In this document: positions 30,876-41,518 of the stretch, piece by piece | Numbering within the stretch: position 1 is the stretch's first letter | How the letters are laid out: every line of letters starts with the position of its first letter | Assembly: GCA_963718615.1 (NCBI GenBank) | Contig: OY970368.1 | Span: forward strand, 1,568,001-1,632,000 | DNA length: 64,000 nt | Source: an uncultured cyanobacterium | Lineage (GTDB): Bacteria; Cyanobacteriota; Cyanobacteriia; PCC-9006; JAAUQQ01 | Direction: 5' to 3' | Notes under the pieces: model-generated | The model's input: the letters and a program-made list of their open reading frames with translations, nothing else | What the model was told of the DNA's origin: nothing | Database searches by the model: none | Translations under genes and position numbers: made by a program

Positions 30876-31143
30876 AAATATCGTTCAAGAAAATGTATCT
30901 AGATGCCTACTAGCTAATATCAGAACCCTAGAAATATCGAGCCGTAATTTTACCTAAATTTAACAAGCAGATTTCAGGACCCAACTTTACAAATCTTGTT
31001 CGATCCCTGCCTGATTCAACCGTCAATTTACGGACGCCGACTTAGTGTATATCGAATTTTTCAAAAGCTGTAAACCGCTGGATCGCCGATTGCCGTGGGA
31101 TCCGTAGGGGGATTCAACTTAATGTGCGTACGCAATGATACGC

Positions 31144-31170
31144 AAAAAGGGGTGGTGACCCTTACCCCTG
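31144..31170 (-). terminator. Probable intrinsic terminator downstream of csaB
   Basis: Minus strand AGGGGT...ACCCC followed by TTTTT. Confidence 0.45.
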
Positions 31171-31269
31171 GCGGGAGAAGACCCCCAGGAAATTTTGTCG
31201 ATTTTTAGAGGTTTGGGGCTTTAGGTGGGGCGGTTAAGGGCTGAAGATAGGCAGGAATTGCCTGTGCCT

Positions 31270-32310
31270 TTAGGCGGCGAGAGTGGTGTGTAACAAGTCA
31301 CGATGGATGAGGGCGCGATCGCGTAAAGATTGTCGTTGATTTGTAGACAAAGGTTGATGCTGGGTACAGTGGGCTAGCCAAGCTTCAAATAAGACCGTTG
31401 GCTGCTCCGGAAGTTGTGCTAAATTCCAACCCGGTAAACCCACATCCTCCATCAAGGCATCTACCTTGGGGTCGTAGCTGAGGGCGGAACAGCGGCAGCC
31501 CTCTGAGGCCGCCATAATCAGCCCATGCAAACGCATAGAAAGGGCAAAGTTAATGTGCTTGAAAACACCTTTTAAGGTTCGTGGATCTTGACGTTCGAGG
31601 ATGAGTGTAGGGCCGGGGAGGGCAGTGGCAAGCTGTTGGGCGATCGCCCCATCCTGAATCGGTTGAAAGGGCAACAGGACGAAAGAGGCTTGGAGCTTGT
31701 CCTGAAGCAGCTTGAGGGCTTCGATGATGCAGGCCAGTCGGGGTGGTGTCAGGCTGGGGTGGGGCCGCAGACTGATGGCGATGCGAGGCTCAGGGAGCTC
31801 TAAAACAGCAGGGGCCGGTAGGGCTTCCAAGGCCCAAACGGGGTCTGGGGCCAACAGGCAGGGAATTTGCCAGTCGCTCAAAAGCTGGGCCGAGGTGCTA
31901 TCACGGACGCTGATGCGATCGCAGCGGCTAAAGGTCTTTTCGGCCAGCCAGCGGGTAAACGGGTGTTGCAATGGACCAATGCCCTGGGCCCAGGCCAGGG
32001 TACGCAGCTTGGACCGTTGGGCTAACCCCATGACCCCGGCATAGTAAATGGGGCTAAAGAAGCTGGTGGTATCCTGGATGAGACTTCCCCCTCCAAAAAT
32101 AAAGGCATCGGCAGACTGGAGAGCTTGCAGAACATCCTGAACCCCCTTGCGATCGTAGGCTTCCACACCGTAGCGAGCGCGGGTTTGGGGCGGATTGCCA
32201 CTGAGAACCACCGGAGTCACTTCCGTTGGTAGCATTTGCAACAGCGTGGCCAACAGGGCCTCATCACCACCATTGCCCATGCCGTAGTAGCCACACAGGA
32301 CCGCTCGCAT
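31270..32310 (-). CDS. csaB: Polysaccharide pyruvyl transferase
   Basis: GYYGMGNGGDEALL, GGGSLIQDTTS, AQGIGP, SVRD, MRLHGLI and SYDPKV motifs. Confidence 0.92.
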   Translation of the reverse strand: MRAVLCGYYGMGNGGDEALLATLLQMLPTEVTPVVLSGNPPQTRARYGVEAYDRKGVQDVLQALQSADAFIFGGGSLIQDTTSFFSPIYYAGVMGLAQRSKLRTLAWAQGIGPLQHPFTRWLAEKTFSRCDRISVRDSTSAQLLSDWQIPCLLAPDPVWALEALPAPAVLELPEPRIAISLRPHPSLTPPRLACIIEALKLLQDKLQASFVLLPFQPIQDGAIAQQLATALPGPTLILERQDPRTLKGVFKHINFALSMRLHGLIMAASEGCRCSALSYDPKVDALMEDVGLPGWNLAQLPEQPTVLFEAWLAHCTQHQPLSTNQRQSLRDRALIHRDLLHTTLAA

Positions 32311-32435
32311 GCCTCACTCCTCATCTGTAGGTTCTCGGTAGGGTCTTGAACGGTTCTTGAATCTGTTCTTGAAATATCCATCCACCCAGCTTCCCCCTAC
32401 AATACCCTTAGAGGTTTCGTCTGGATAGCGCCCCC

Positions 32436-32744
32436 ATGCACGCACTTTCAATCCCTACCTGGATGATTCATGTTTCTAGTGTCTTGGAGTGGATGGCCGC
32501 CATTGGGCTGATCTGGCGCTATGCCGAGGTCAGAGGCAATGGGGCATGGCGGTTTCTGTCGGTGGGTATGCTACCGGCTTTAGTCAGCGCCATGTGTGCC
32601 TGTACCTGGCACTTTTTTGATAATCCAGTGGGGTTGGGCTGGTTGGTGACCCTGCAGGCGGCGATGACGGTTGTGGGAAATGTCACGATGATGTTAGGGG
32701 GGTGGCAAGTTTGGCGATCGGCCCAGGTCCAGGAGAACGGCTAG
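32436..32744 (+). CDS. DUF2499 (Ycf49-like) membrane protein
   Basis: MHALSIPTWMIHVSSVLEW...MCACTWHFFDN. Confidence 0.9.
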   Translation: MHALSIPTWMIHVSSVLEWMAAIGLIWRYAEVRGNGAWRFLSVGMLPALVSAMCACTWHFFDNPVGLGWLVTLQAAMTVVGNVTMMLGGWQVWRSAQVQENG

Positions 32745-32831
32745 GGTTACCCAAGCGATTGGGGATAGAATTCGGTATGCGTTAGATTAGTGTGCGTTAG
32801 ATGGAAGTCCTGAGGACGGGTGGGATGTCTG

Positions 32832-33119
32832 ATGTCTAAGGAAACATTGTTTGCGCTTTCGCTCTTTCCCTACCTGGGGTTTTTGTGGTTTTTGACGCGA
32901 TCGAAACTGACGCCGCCCTTGGCTTTGGTTGGGTTTTATATGACGCTGGTATTTGTCGGGGTGACGATTCCAGCAGGCATTTATGCCAAGGTGCATTATG
33001 GACAGGAGTTGGCCAATGTGGATTGGCTCCATGGAGGCGCGGAGTTCTTTTTGACCTTGGCAAATGTTTTGGTGGTGTTTGGGTTTTGGCAGGCGCTGCA
33101 ACAAAAACAAGCATCTTAA
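32832..33119 (+). CDS. DUF3593 membrane protein
   Basis: LFALSLFPYLGFL...LANVDWLHGGAEFFLTLAN; usual partner of DUF2499. Confidence 0.88.
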   Translation: MSKETLFALSLFPYLGFLWFLTRSKLTPPLALVGFYMTLVFVGVTIPAGIYAKVHYGQELANVDWLHGGAEFFLTLANVLVVFGFWQALQQKQAS

Positions 33120-33164
33120 ATAACGGATTACAAAATAGGCGTCTTAAATTCCAGAGGAATTCTG

Positions 33165-34127
33165 ATGATTCAGGGGGTTATGGCTCAGGGGGATGGGCTT
33201 CCAGAGGATAAATTGCAGGGGAATGGGGTGCGATCGCAACAATTCTGGCATTGGCAAGGCTGTCGCATTCGCTATCAACAGGCCGGAGAAACGGGACCGG
33301 CGCTGGTGTTGATTCACGGCTTCGGCGCATCGAGTATTCACTGGCGTAAAAACCTGCCGGAACTAGGCCGAGCCCATCGCGTTTTTGCCATCGATCTCTT
33401 GGGGTTTGGTCAATCGGATAAACCCACACCGGGGCAGCCCCATGCCTATACCTTTGAAACCTGGGGGCAATTGGTTCGGGACTTTTGCCGGGAGATTGTC
33501 GGTGAAGCAGCGTTCTGGGTCGGCAACTCAATTGGTGCGGTCGTGGCACTTCAGGCGGCAGTGGATGAACCGGAAGGCTGTCGTGGTTTGGTTCTGATCG
33601 ACTGCTCGCTACGGCTGCTCCATGTCCGCAAACGGGCGCTGTTGCCCTGGTACCGCAGTGCACCTGCACCCCTACTGCAACAGCTGTTGGCGATTCAACC
33701 CCTGGGTCAGTTTTTCTTTTCACAATTAGCCACACCCAGGACCCTGCGCCGGATTTTGCGACAGGCCTATGGTCGTTCCGCTGCGGTGACCGAAGACCTC
33801 ATCCAACTGCTATTGGAACCGGCATTTGAGCCCGGTGCGTTGGCGGTGTTTCTGGCCTTTATCCAATACGATCAGGGTCCTTTGGCGGAAGATTTGCTGC
33901 CGCAACTGAGCTGTCCGGTTTTGGTGCTATGGGGTGAGGCCGATCCTTGGGAGCCGATCGCCCTAGGGCAGGAATTTGCAAAGTTTCCAGCGGTGGATGA
34001 GTTTATTGCCCTACCTGGTCTCGGCCACTGTCCCCAGGATGAGGCCCCCGAATTAGTCAACCCTTTGATTGCCCAGTGGATTGCCCAGCAGATTGTTCAG
34101 CGGATTGTCCAGTCAACGACCTCGTAA
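33165..34127 (+). CDS. Alpha/beta hydrolase
   Basis: HGFGAS, GNSIG nucleophile elbow, GHCPQDE. Confidence 0.9.
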   Translation: MIQGVMAQGDGLPEDKLQGNGVRSQQFWHWQGCRIRYQQAGETGPALVLIHGFGASSIHWRKNLPELGRAHRVFAIDLLGFGQSDKPTPGQPHAYTFETWGQLVRDFCREIVGEAAFWVGNSIGAVVALQAAVDEPEGCRGLVLIDCSLRLLHVRKRALLPWYRSAPAPLLQQLLAIQPLGQFFFSQLATPRTLRRILRQAYGRSAAVTEDLIQLLLEPAFEPGALAVFLAFIQYDQGPLAEDLLPQLSCPVLVLWGEADPWEPIALGQEFAKFPAVDEFIALPGLGHCPQDEAPELVNPLIAQWIAQQIVQRIVQSTTS

Positions 34128-34220
34128 ATTGCCCCGTTTAGCCAGCCAGAATTGTAATCCTCGACCGCCCCCCCCAGCCTCGATCGCGATGCTACTATGG
34201 GGCTAATTAACGCCTGATCG

Positions 34221-35033
34221 ATGGCTACCTTAAGGAACTTGGAGATCGGGAATAGTCAGGAGATTGCATTGCTCAGTCACTCCTTTGGGTTTTACGGGAT
34301 TGCCTTTTTTGGCATCATCCTATTGCGGTACTTTCTGGTAGCTGGGGGGACCTATTTAGTCCTTTATTCACCCCTTAGCCAATTCTTAAACTCACCAGAA
34401 CTGACCCATCAACCGCTTTCTTGGCCATCGATTCGGCATGATATTCAGCTTTCTGTTTGTTCTGCTGGAATTTTTGCCCTCGCGGCGGCTTCGATTATGT
34501 CGGGCTATAGCGAAGGCATCACGCGGCTCTATAGCCATTATCAACAGCATGGGGTGTGGTATTTGGGTGTTAGTTATGCCACCGTTTTAATCTTGCAAGA
34601 TACGTATTTCTATTTTACCCATCGCTTATTTCATCATCCCCGACTGTTTCCCTGGCTCCATCGAGGACATCACCGATCGCGCTATCCTACCCCTTGGACT
34701 TCCTTTGCCTTTGATCCCCTAGAGGCGCTGGTCCAGTCGCTGTTTCTGGTGGGAATTGTTTTTGTGATTCCGCTCCATTGGGTGACGGTGTTGGCGGTGT
34801 TGATCACGATGACCATTTGGGCGGTGTTGAATCATCTCGGTCTCGATCGCTTGCCCCTAGCCTTTCCTCACCATTGGCTCGGCAAATGGTTTATTGGTCC
34901 GGCCCATCATTCGGTGCATCACCTTAAATACACCACCCATTACGGCCTGTATTTCACCTTTTGGGACAAGCTTTTGGGGACGCAAGACCCCCAGTATGAA
35001 CAACAGCTTGACGATCGCTTTGCCCAGTCCTGA
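34221..35033 (+). CDS. Sterol desaturase / fatty acid hydroxylase superfamily protein
   Basis: His boxes HRLFH, HRGHH and HHSVHH; YGLYFTFWD. Confidence 0.9.
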   Translation: MATLRNLEIGNSQEIALLSHSFGFYGIAFFGIILLRYFLVAGGTYLVLYSPLSQFLNSPELTHQPLSWPSIRHDIQLSVCSAGIFALAAASIMSGYSEGITRLYSHYQQHGVWYLGVSYATVLILQDTYFYFTHRLFHHPRLFPWLHRGHHRSRYPTPWTSFAFDPLEALVQSLFLVGIVFVIPLHWVTVLAVLITMTIWAVLNHLGLDRLPLAFPHHWLGKWFIGPAHHSVHHLKYTTHYGLYFTFWDKLLGTQDPQYEQQLDDRFAQS

Positions 35034-35077
35034 GTCCAGCAAAATGCGAAAATAAGGCGTTCCCAACGGCCAGCGCC

Positions 35078-36436
35078 ATGTCTGCCCCCCGTGATCCCCT
35101 TTTGCAACAAGCGCGCGATCGCCTCCAACGGGCGATCGCCCAACACCGTCAAGTCACGCAACGCTCCCAGTCTGAAACCAACGAGCGCTTGCGCCAAGCC
35201 CTGCAGCCTGAGCTAGACCAGCTCACAGCGTTGTTGCAAAAACTAGACGAGGGGCTGGTCCGGATCGCGATTTTTGGATTAGTCAGTCGCGGTAAATCGG
35301 CGGTGCTCAATGCCCTAGTGGGCCAGAAGCTGTTGGAAACTGGGCCGATTAATGGCTTGACCCGAGAACCGCAAACGGTGCGCTGGCGACTGGGCGATCG
35401 CCTGCAAGTAGATTTAGTCGATACACCGGGTCTGGATGAAATCGATGGCCAAACCCGAGCCGTGATGGCCCAGCGGGAGGCAGAGGCTGCGGATCTGATT
35501 ATGTTTGTTTTGGCGGGGGATATGACCCGGCGAGAACTTCAGGCTATTCGCAAGCTCTGGCAGTTTCATAAGCCGCTGTTATTGGTGTTTAACAAAACCG
35601 ATTTGTATCCTGCGCCGGACCGACGGGCGATCGCCGCCAATTTGCAACAATATTTGACCGTCGATGCCACCGATCCCCAGCCTATCGCCCTCAACAACGT
35701 TGTCGCCGTGGCTGCTGAACCGGCTCCGCTGCGGGTGCGTACGGAATGGCCCAATGGTGAAGTCAACGAAACCTGGGAAACACCGCCGCCGGACATCGAC
35801 GCCCTACGCGACCGTCTTCTAGCGTTGCTGCAAACCGAAGGCGCTGCCTTGCTGACGCTCAATGCCCTGGTGCAAACCCGCGAAGCAGAGGCGGCGATCG
35901 CCCGCAAAACCCTGGCCATCCGTCAAGACGAAGCCGAAGCCCTGATCTGGACCTATGCCCGCAATAAGGGAATTGCCATTGCCGCTAACCCTGTTGTTCT
36001 GCTGGATTTGCTGGGGGGGGCGATCGCCGATTTGGCCCTCATTCGCGCCTTGGCTCGGTTGTATGGGCTACCCATGACCAGTCACGAAGCCGGAGCCCTC
36101 CTGCGCAAAATTTTGATCAGCAGCGGTACGTTGCTTTTGGCCGATCTAGGCGGCGGTCTCTTCCTCGGAGCCGGAAAAAGCGCCGCTGCCCTGGGCAGTC
36201 TCGACAACCCCTCCGGCTGGGTGGCCTATGGTGGGGCTGCGATCGCCCAGGGCAGTCTCGCAGGTTATGGATCCTATTTGGTGGGACGGGCGGCTCAGAT
36301 TTACCTAGAGCAGGGCTGTACCTGGGGTGAAACTGGGGCCAGTACGCTGATTCGCGGCATCTTGGCCCAGGTTGATCGCCAGAGTGTTTTGTATCGTTTG
36401 CGGTTGGAGTTGGAGCAGTCTCTGCCTTTGTTTTAA
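35078..36436 (+). CDS. Era-like GTP-binding protein with DUF697 C-terminus
   Basis: GLVSRGKS, DTPG and NKTD motifs; hydrophobic C-terminal domain. Confidence 0.85.
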   Translation: MSAPRDPLLQQARDRLQRAIAQHRQVTQRSQSETNERLRQALQPELDQLTALLQKLDEGLVRIAIFGLVSRGKSAVLNALVGQKLLETGPINGLTREPQTVRWRLGDRLQVDLVDTPGLDEIDGQTRAVMAQREAEAADLIMFVLAGDMTRRELQAIRKLWQFHKPLLLVFNKTDLYPAPDRRAIAANLQQYLTVDATDPQPIALNNVVAVAAEPAPLRVRTEWPNGEVNETWETPPPDIDALRDRLLALLQTEGAALLTLNALVQTREAEAAIARKTLAIRQDEAEALIWTYARNKGIAIAANPVVLLDLLGGAIADLALIRALARLYGLPMTSHEAGALLRKILISSGTLLLADLGGGLFLGAGKSAAALGSLDNPSGWVAYGGAAIAQGSLAGYGSYLVGRAAQIYLEQGCTWGETGASTLIRGILAQVDRQSVLYRLRLELEQSLPLF

Positions 36437-37164
36437 CGATAGCGACGGCTGCCGGAACGAGCCCAGCGGGTCATGCGCCAGAGATAGAAAAAGGAAGTTC
36501 CACTGATGAGCGCCCCTAGGTTCCATTTGATGGAGTTTTTGAGGAGCGATCGCCAGCGATTTTGCTTCTCCGTTTCTACCTGGGCTTTAGTTTTGCTTTT
36601 GGCCGCACTCAGTTCCTCTAGGACCTTGGCTTGGACTTCATCGGGAGACAATTCGCCCACGTTCCCCCCCTGCTTTTGGATAAAATCCGCAATTTGACTG
36701 GGGCTGGCCTGGGTGAGATCCTGCTCGATCTTCTCGGCTTGGGCCATTTGCTGTTGATAGATCCCCGCCAAGCGCGTGTTGCTGGTTTCATTCAGCCGCG
36801 TCGTATTGACAATCGCCAGGGGAATCAGGGCGAGATAGAGCAGCCCCAGGAGCAAACTCAGCCAAGATAAGCTCTTGAGCACTAGCCGCTCCGAGCGACT
36901 GCGCTGCTGCATTTCACCATAAAACACAAACACTAGGCCCAAAAGGGGCACCGGTACCCGCTCGACCAGGGCTCCAATGGTTTGAAATTCCCAGGCCGGG
37001 TCCATCAATCGCAGCGGAATCAAGATCGCCGCCCAATCCAACACCGAGAGCAGTAGTAGGCTATAGCCGACGGTGCGCAGAAGTTTTGCCGTCCGAGTTG
37101 AAAAGGACGCATCCTGAATCGGCTCGCTAGAAATGCCGCTAGAGCTCGTCTGAATCATTGCCAT
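36433..37164 (-). CDS. HpsJ-like membrane protein, cyanoexosortase A-associated
   Basis: PAWEFQTIGALVERVPVPLLG motif; in an operon with crtA. Confidence 0.8.
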   Translation of the reverse strand: MAMIQTSSSGISSEPIQDASFSTRTAKLLRTVGYSLLLLSVLDWAAILIPLRLMDPAWEFQTIGALVERVPVPLLGLVFVFYGEMQQRSRSERLVLKSLSWLSLLLGLLYLALIPLAIVNTTRLNETSNTRLAGIYQQQMAQAEKIEQDLTQASPSQIADFIQKQGGNVGELSPDEVQAKVLEELSAAKSKTKAQVETEKQNRWRSLLKNSIKWNLGALISGTSFFYLWRMTRWARSGSRRYR

Positions 37165-37206
37165 AGAAAAATCTCTAAAACCTAAATAAAAGAAATTCAC
37201 ACATAA

Positions 37207-37845
37207 CTACGGGTTAAACGCCCGTTGCCATTGGGGGAACCAATCCCGCCAGACCTCTTCCAAAAGGGGATAAACCGCTTCGGGTGGGGTGCCATCCTGG
37301 GGCAAGGACAGGGTTATCCACAAACAGCGGGCATCTCGCATGGGTCCCGTTCCCGCTAGCCAAGCGGCCAACTGACGGGGCTGAAGCTGTTGTCGATGGG
37401 AATAGCGCAGGTAATCGTCATAGCGACCAAGGCTTTGGCCACTGGGGACTAAACAGGTGGTGAGACGAGTCGCTTGGGAATCGTACATCAGGGCATAGGT
37501 GCCTCCCTCGGGCTGGCTGCGGATTTGGGGTTGCTGGGGATCGAAGGAGCGGGCGATCGCCGCATCCCGCAAAAATCGATTGCTATTGCCACTAAAAACA
37601 TTGATCTCCTGCATGCGAATCTCTAGAACCTTGTCCCCCCGCTGAAAGCGATAGAGATAGCCGCCATCCCGAGGTCCTGAATCCCCTAGGGGTTGCCATT
37701 GGGGAAGATGAACCCTGGAGCTAAAGGCGACCTGGGGCAGGGGCGATCGCTGGGCCGAGACCGGCGCAATCCCCGTTTTGAGCAGGGTTCCTGAGGCCGC
37801 CACGAAGGTCAGCACCAAACTGGCTAGACGAATCGAATGCATCAT
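37207..37845 (-). CDS. Cyanoexosortase A system-associated protein
   Basis: Overlaps the crtA stop; TCLVPSG...DARCLWITLS pattern. Confidence 0.75.
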   Translation of the reverse strand: MMHSIRLASLVLTFVAASGTLLKTGIAPVSAQRSPLPQVAFSSRVHLPQWQPLGDSGPRDGGYLYRFQRGDKVLEIRMQEINVFSGNSNRFLRDAAIARSFDPQQPQIRSQPEGGTYALMYDSQATRLTTCLVPSGQSLGRYDDYLRYSHRQQLQPRQLAAWLAGTGPMRDARCLWITLSLPQDGTPPEAVYPLLEEVWRDWFPQWQRAFNP

Positions 37846-38723
37846 GATGCTTTTCCTACAGAATGCCGCTGGGTCTTCGACTCAGAAACCAATTCAGGCA
37901 TGGGTTCAACGCCGCCCAAACCCGAGTAAATCCAGCCAAATAGCCCCACCGAAACCATGGAGAAAATTAACGATCCATTGCCGTCGTGCCAATATTCAAA
38001 TCCCGCCTGATTGCCCACCGAAACTAACAGGGTCATGAGGCAAACCCGTAGGGCGTTGACCCCGAAGGCGATGGCGATCGCCACCCCCGGCATCCACCCC
38101 CCCACCCGCGCCCGCACCGGGAAGACCAACAGCGCCATCACAGCAATCCCCAGTAAATGGAAGATTTGCTCAATGCCCGAGCAGCCGCCCGCCACATTGA
38201 CAACCCCCTGGTTGAGATGCAAAAGCGCCCCTTCGAGCATGACCGGCTGACCCGCATACCAAAGCAAAAAGCTTGCGACTCGGGCCGTATAGACCGAAAT
38301 TTCTAGGGAAAATCCGAAGGTCACGAGGGCATGCCAGGCCAACGCACTCAAAATCACCAGTTCTTTCCAAAACTGGCGCAGTCCACCCAGCCCCGAAGCC
38401 AAGAGGGCAAGCCCCACGCCTGAGAGCAGTGGAGCCATCATCAAAAAGTTAGGGTTGGGCAAAATCCAGCTCCGCAGGAGCACAAAGGCAATGGGCAGCA
38501 GTCCCAAAAGATTGCAGGGGGAAACGGGAAAGGGGAGGTGCGATCGCCGCAGCCAAACCCCATATCCCGCCCCCGTCCAAAACAAGAGACTATTGCTCAG
38601 TAAATTGCCCGTTTCAAGCCGCCAAGCTAGCGTCAGATGCAACGCCACGCAGGTTGTGGTAATCCCCAGCAGCCAAAGGCGAGCATCCTGAACTGAGAGC
38701 TGCATTTTTGACATGCATTTCAC
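37842..38723 (-). CDS. crtA: Cyanoexosortase A
   Basis: Exosortase triad Cys (VAGGCSG), Arg (NALRV), His (FEYWHDG); polytopic membrane protein. Confidence 0.87.
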   Translation of the reverse strand: MKCMSKMQLSVQDARLWLLGITTTCVALHLTLAWRLETGNLLSNSLLFWTGAGYGVWLRRSHLPFPVSPCNLLGLLPIAFVLLRSWILPNPNFLMMAPLLSGVGLALLASGLGGLRQFWKELVILSALAWHALVTFGFSLEISVYTARVASFLLWYAGQPVMLEGALLHLNQGVVNVAGGCSGIEQIFHLLGIAVMALLVFPVRARVGGWMPGVAIAIAFGVNALRVCLMTLLVSVGNQAGFEYWHDGNGSLIFSMVSVGLFGWIYSGLGGVEPMPELVSESKTQRHSVGKAS

Positions 38724-39162
38724 GCGAGTGAGAAGCTTTACGAGTAGTTATTCATACTGTCTTTTTCTTTCCAGGGAAATAGAGAACAAGTTTCCATAAA
38801 GTTTGCCAAGGGTTTTTTCTGTTTCTTTAAAGCTTGTGATTTCAAGCTGTGATTGTAGGTCTTGAAGCTATGGAGTTTGATTCCAGCTTTAGGTCAGCTA
38901 ACTCTCAGTGAAAGATCTAGAACAAACGACCACGAACAAGTACGGGATTTTATAGATTCTTGAAGCTTCGATGAATTATTTTTGGACACATAGACAGGAC
39001 TATACCGACAGTGAGATAGTGTCGCAAGCACTACCCGCATGGCTGCCAATGGGCAGTGGTGTGTGAGATTTTGGTCAGGATCTTTAGAGTTTTAGCGTTG
39101 GAGTGGTTGGATGTCCACCACGCTGATTTCATCTCAATCCTGTAGGAGGATCGCGGCTGATT

Positions 39163-39930
39163 ATGGCTTTGAATCGTATTAAACAAGCTTCGCTCATCGC
39201 AGCGGGAGCCGCCGTTTTGACCCTCGGTATGGGTCATGCTGCCCAGGCTATTAACTTAGATATCGTTGCCGAGACCAGTGGCTTAGATTCTGGACTTGAC
39301 CGGGTTTTAGGGTTTAACAGCTTCTTCAAGGTTGGATTTAATGCCTCTGATGATGCCAATGCCTATATTGAATCGGTGACGTTCGATCTGAGCGGGGATA
39401 CAGATGCCGCCTTCGACAACCAAGACTTCTTCTTCTTTGATGCTGGTCCCCAGGTGGGTCAGGTTGGAGGAAGCCTGACGGCTGCTGCGATTTCCTTTAG
39501 CGAGGTGACCCGCAATAGTTTTGCCAATGCTGCCAATTGGACCCGTGCGTTGACGGTCAGCTTTGCAGCGAACACCTTTAAGGTGGGTAGTTTCTTTACC
39601 TTTGGGGTTGATACCAATGGCGTTGGCGATGATGCTTTTCCTTTCTTGAGTATCCTGAATGGCTTGACCGGCGATAACGTCGCCACATTCAATGATACGG
39701 GGGCTGATTTCGGTCGGGCTGGGGTTCAGTTTGTTGCCAACATTGTCCATGGCAGTACGACCTCCACGGGCAGCGGAGCCTTTGCGACCACAGGACTGTT
39801 CTCTTCCCAAGCCCAAATCACCAATGCTCCAGAACCGCTAACGATTTTGGGTTCTGCCCTGGCGTTGGGATTTGGTGCGCGTCTGAAGAAAAAACGGGAT
39901 CAACAGCGGCTCAAGGCAGAAGTTGCCTAG
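39163..39930 (+). CDS. PEP-CTERM sorting-domain surface protein
   Basis: Signal peptide ending AQA; C-terminal APEPLTILGSALALGFGARLKKKR. Confidence 0.9.
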   Translation: MALNRIKQASLIAAGAAVLTLGMGHAAQAINLDIVAETSGLDSGLDRVLGFNSFFKVGFNASDDANAYIESVTFDLSGDTDAAFDNQDFFFFDAGPQVGQVGGSLTAAAISFSEVTRNSFANAANWTRALTVSFAANTFKVGSFFTFGVDTNGVGDDAFPFLSILNGLTGDNVATFNDTGADFGRAGVQFVANIVHGSTTSTGSGAFATTGLFSSQAQITNAPEPLTILGSALALGFGARLKKKRDQQRLKAEVA

Positions 39931-39978
39931 GCTAGCGAATCCCTTCGGCTTCATTAATATTCAGACTGTTCAGTCGGG

Positions 39979-40004
39979 GGCGCGGATTTCGCGCCTTCTT
40001 TTTT
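39979..40004 (+). terminator. Intrinsic terminator after the PEP-CTERM gene
   Basis: GGCGCG-GATTT-CGCGCC followed by TTCTTTTTT. Confidence 0.6.
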
Positions 40005-40065
40005 ATGCATACTCGTCAACTTTCCTAGATATCACGAGTCAGGTTTTCCGTATGCACGAAGTATT

Positions 40066-40731
40066 TTATCCTAAGGGTTCTAATGCCCCGCCTTTTGCCG
40101 TCGCTCGTTGATAGGCTGGACGATCTTGATAGCGCTTGATTAACGCTTGAATCTGTGGATAGGCGGCGAAATCGACGCGGTTGCGGGCCACCTCTAAAGG
40201 AAAACTCATCTGAACATCGGCTGCGGAAAAGTTACCGGCAAACCAGTCTTTCCCTTGTAAACTGGTCTCAACAAAGCCCAAGTGGGTACTCAGTTGGGGA
40301 TCGAGAAATTGGGTTTGTACTTTAGCCATGATTGTATTGGCTACCGGACGCAAGAAAAACGGCATGTCTGGGTTTTCCGGAATGCGGCTAAACACCAGCT
40401 TCATCACCAGCAATGGCATCAGCGATCCTTCGGCGTAGTGTAGCCAATAGTGGTAACAACGCTTGTGCTCGGGGTCGGTGGGGACAAACCGACCTTGGCC
40501 ATAAACCTCAATCAGATATTCGATAATGGCACCTGATTCGGCCACCGTTACATCGTCATCGGTAATCACGGGGGATTTGCCCAAAGGATGTACTGTCTTC
40601 AGACTCTCAGGCGCTAAAAGAGTTTGAGGGTCGCGCTTGTAGCACTTGATGTCGTAGTCGAGTTCAAGCTCTTCCAGCAGCCAGAGAATACGCTGGGAGC
40701 GGGAATTTTCGAGATGATGAACGGTAATCAT
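40066..40731 (-). CDS. Glutathione S-transferase
   Basis: MITVHHLENSRSQRILWLLEEL, HPLGKSPV, AESGAI and SAAD motifs. Confidence 0.93.
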   Translation of the reverse strand: MITVHHLENSRSQRILWLLEELELDYDIKCYKRDPQTLLAPESLKTVHPLGKSPVITDDDVTVAESGAIIEYLIEVYGQGRFVPTDPEHKRCYHYWLHYAEGSLMPLLVMKLVFSRIPENPDMPFFLRPVANTIMAKVQTQFLDPQLSTHLGFVETSLQGKDWFAGNFSAADVQMSFPLEVARNRVDFAAYPQIQALIKRYQDRPAYQRATAKGGALEPLG

Positions 40732-40780
40732 AGACCCTAGGATGATGGATAAGCGGTGTTGAGAGGCTAGACGACTGGAT

Positions 40781-41518
40781 TTACATGCTTTGCTGGGTAG
40801 GGCGGATAATCATTTCATTGATATCGACCTCTTGGGGCTGTTCAATGGCAAAGGCAATGGCGCGTGCGATCGCATCCGCATCAATCGCCACGTCGTAGAG
40901 CTGATCTGCATTCTTAGCACTTTCCTCATGGGAAATGGTACTAGTGAGCTCGGTGGAAACAGCTCCAGGGGAAATATTTGTTGCGCGAATGTGACCGTCA
41001 GTCTCCAGTCGAATGCCCTCGGAAATGGCCTTGACAGCAAACTTGGTGGCGCAGTAAACCACACCCGCAGGAAACACTTGATGGCCGGCCACTGAAGAGA
41101 TATTGATAATATGCCCAGACTTTTGCTGTTGCATGATCGGTAGAACAGCGGCTACACCATAGAGAACGCCCTTAATATTGACATCCACCATCTTTTCCCA
41201 TTCGTCCACTTTCAAAGCAGTAAGAGGAGAGAGGGGCATCAAACCTGCGTTGTTGAGTAATACGTCTATGCGTCCATAGGTATCTTGGGTCGCTTGGGCC
41301 AGCGATTCTACTTCGTCTCGATGGGTCACATCTGTGACCTGATACTGAGCTTTGCCACCTGTTTTTTCAATCTGCTCAACCAGTTCTTGTAGGCGATCTT
41401 CTCGCCTGGCCGCGAGCATGACTTTGGCACCACTCTTTGCCAATCGTAATGCTGTTGCTTTTCCTAATCCGCTGCTGCCTCCTGTAATAATAACGACTTT
41501 ATTTTGTATGTTAGACAT
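40781..41518 (-). CDS. SDR family oxidoreductase
   Basis: TGGSSGLG, NNAG and YCATK motifs. Confidence 0.92.
   Translation of the reverse strand: MSNIQNKVVIITGGSSGLGKATALRLAKSGAKVMLAARREDRLQELVEQIEKTGGKAQYQVTDVTHRDEVESLAQATQDTYGRIDVLLNNAGLMPLSPLTALKVDEWEKMVDVNIKGVLYGVAAVLPIMQQQKSGHIINISSVAGHQVFPAGVVYCATKFAVKAISEGIRLETDGHIRATNISPGAVSTELTSTISHEESAKNADQLYDVAIDADAIARAIAFAIEQPQEVDINEMIIRPTQQSM

Noticed and set aside
36013-36020. G8 run in the GTPase gene (and C8 at 14690-14697)
   Set aside because: Both genes stay in frame with expected downstream sequence; no sign of a frameshift
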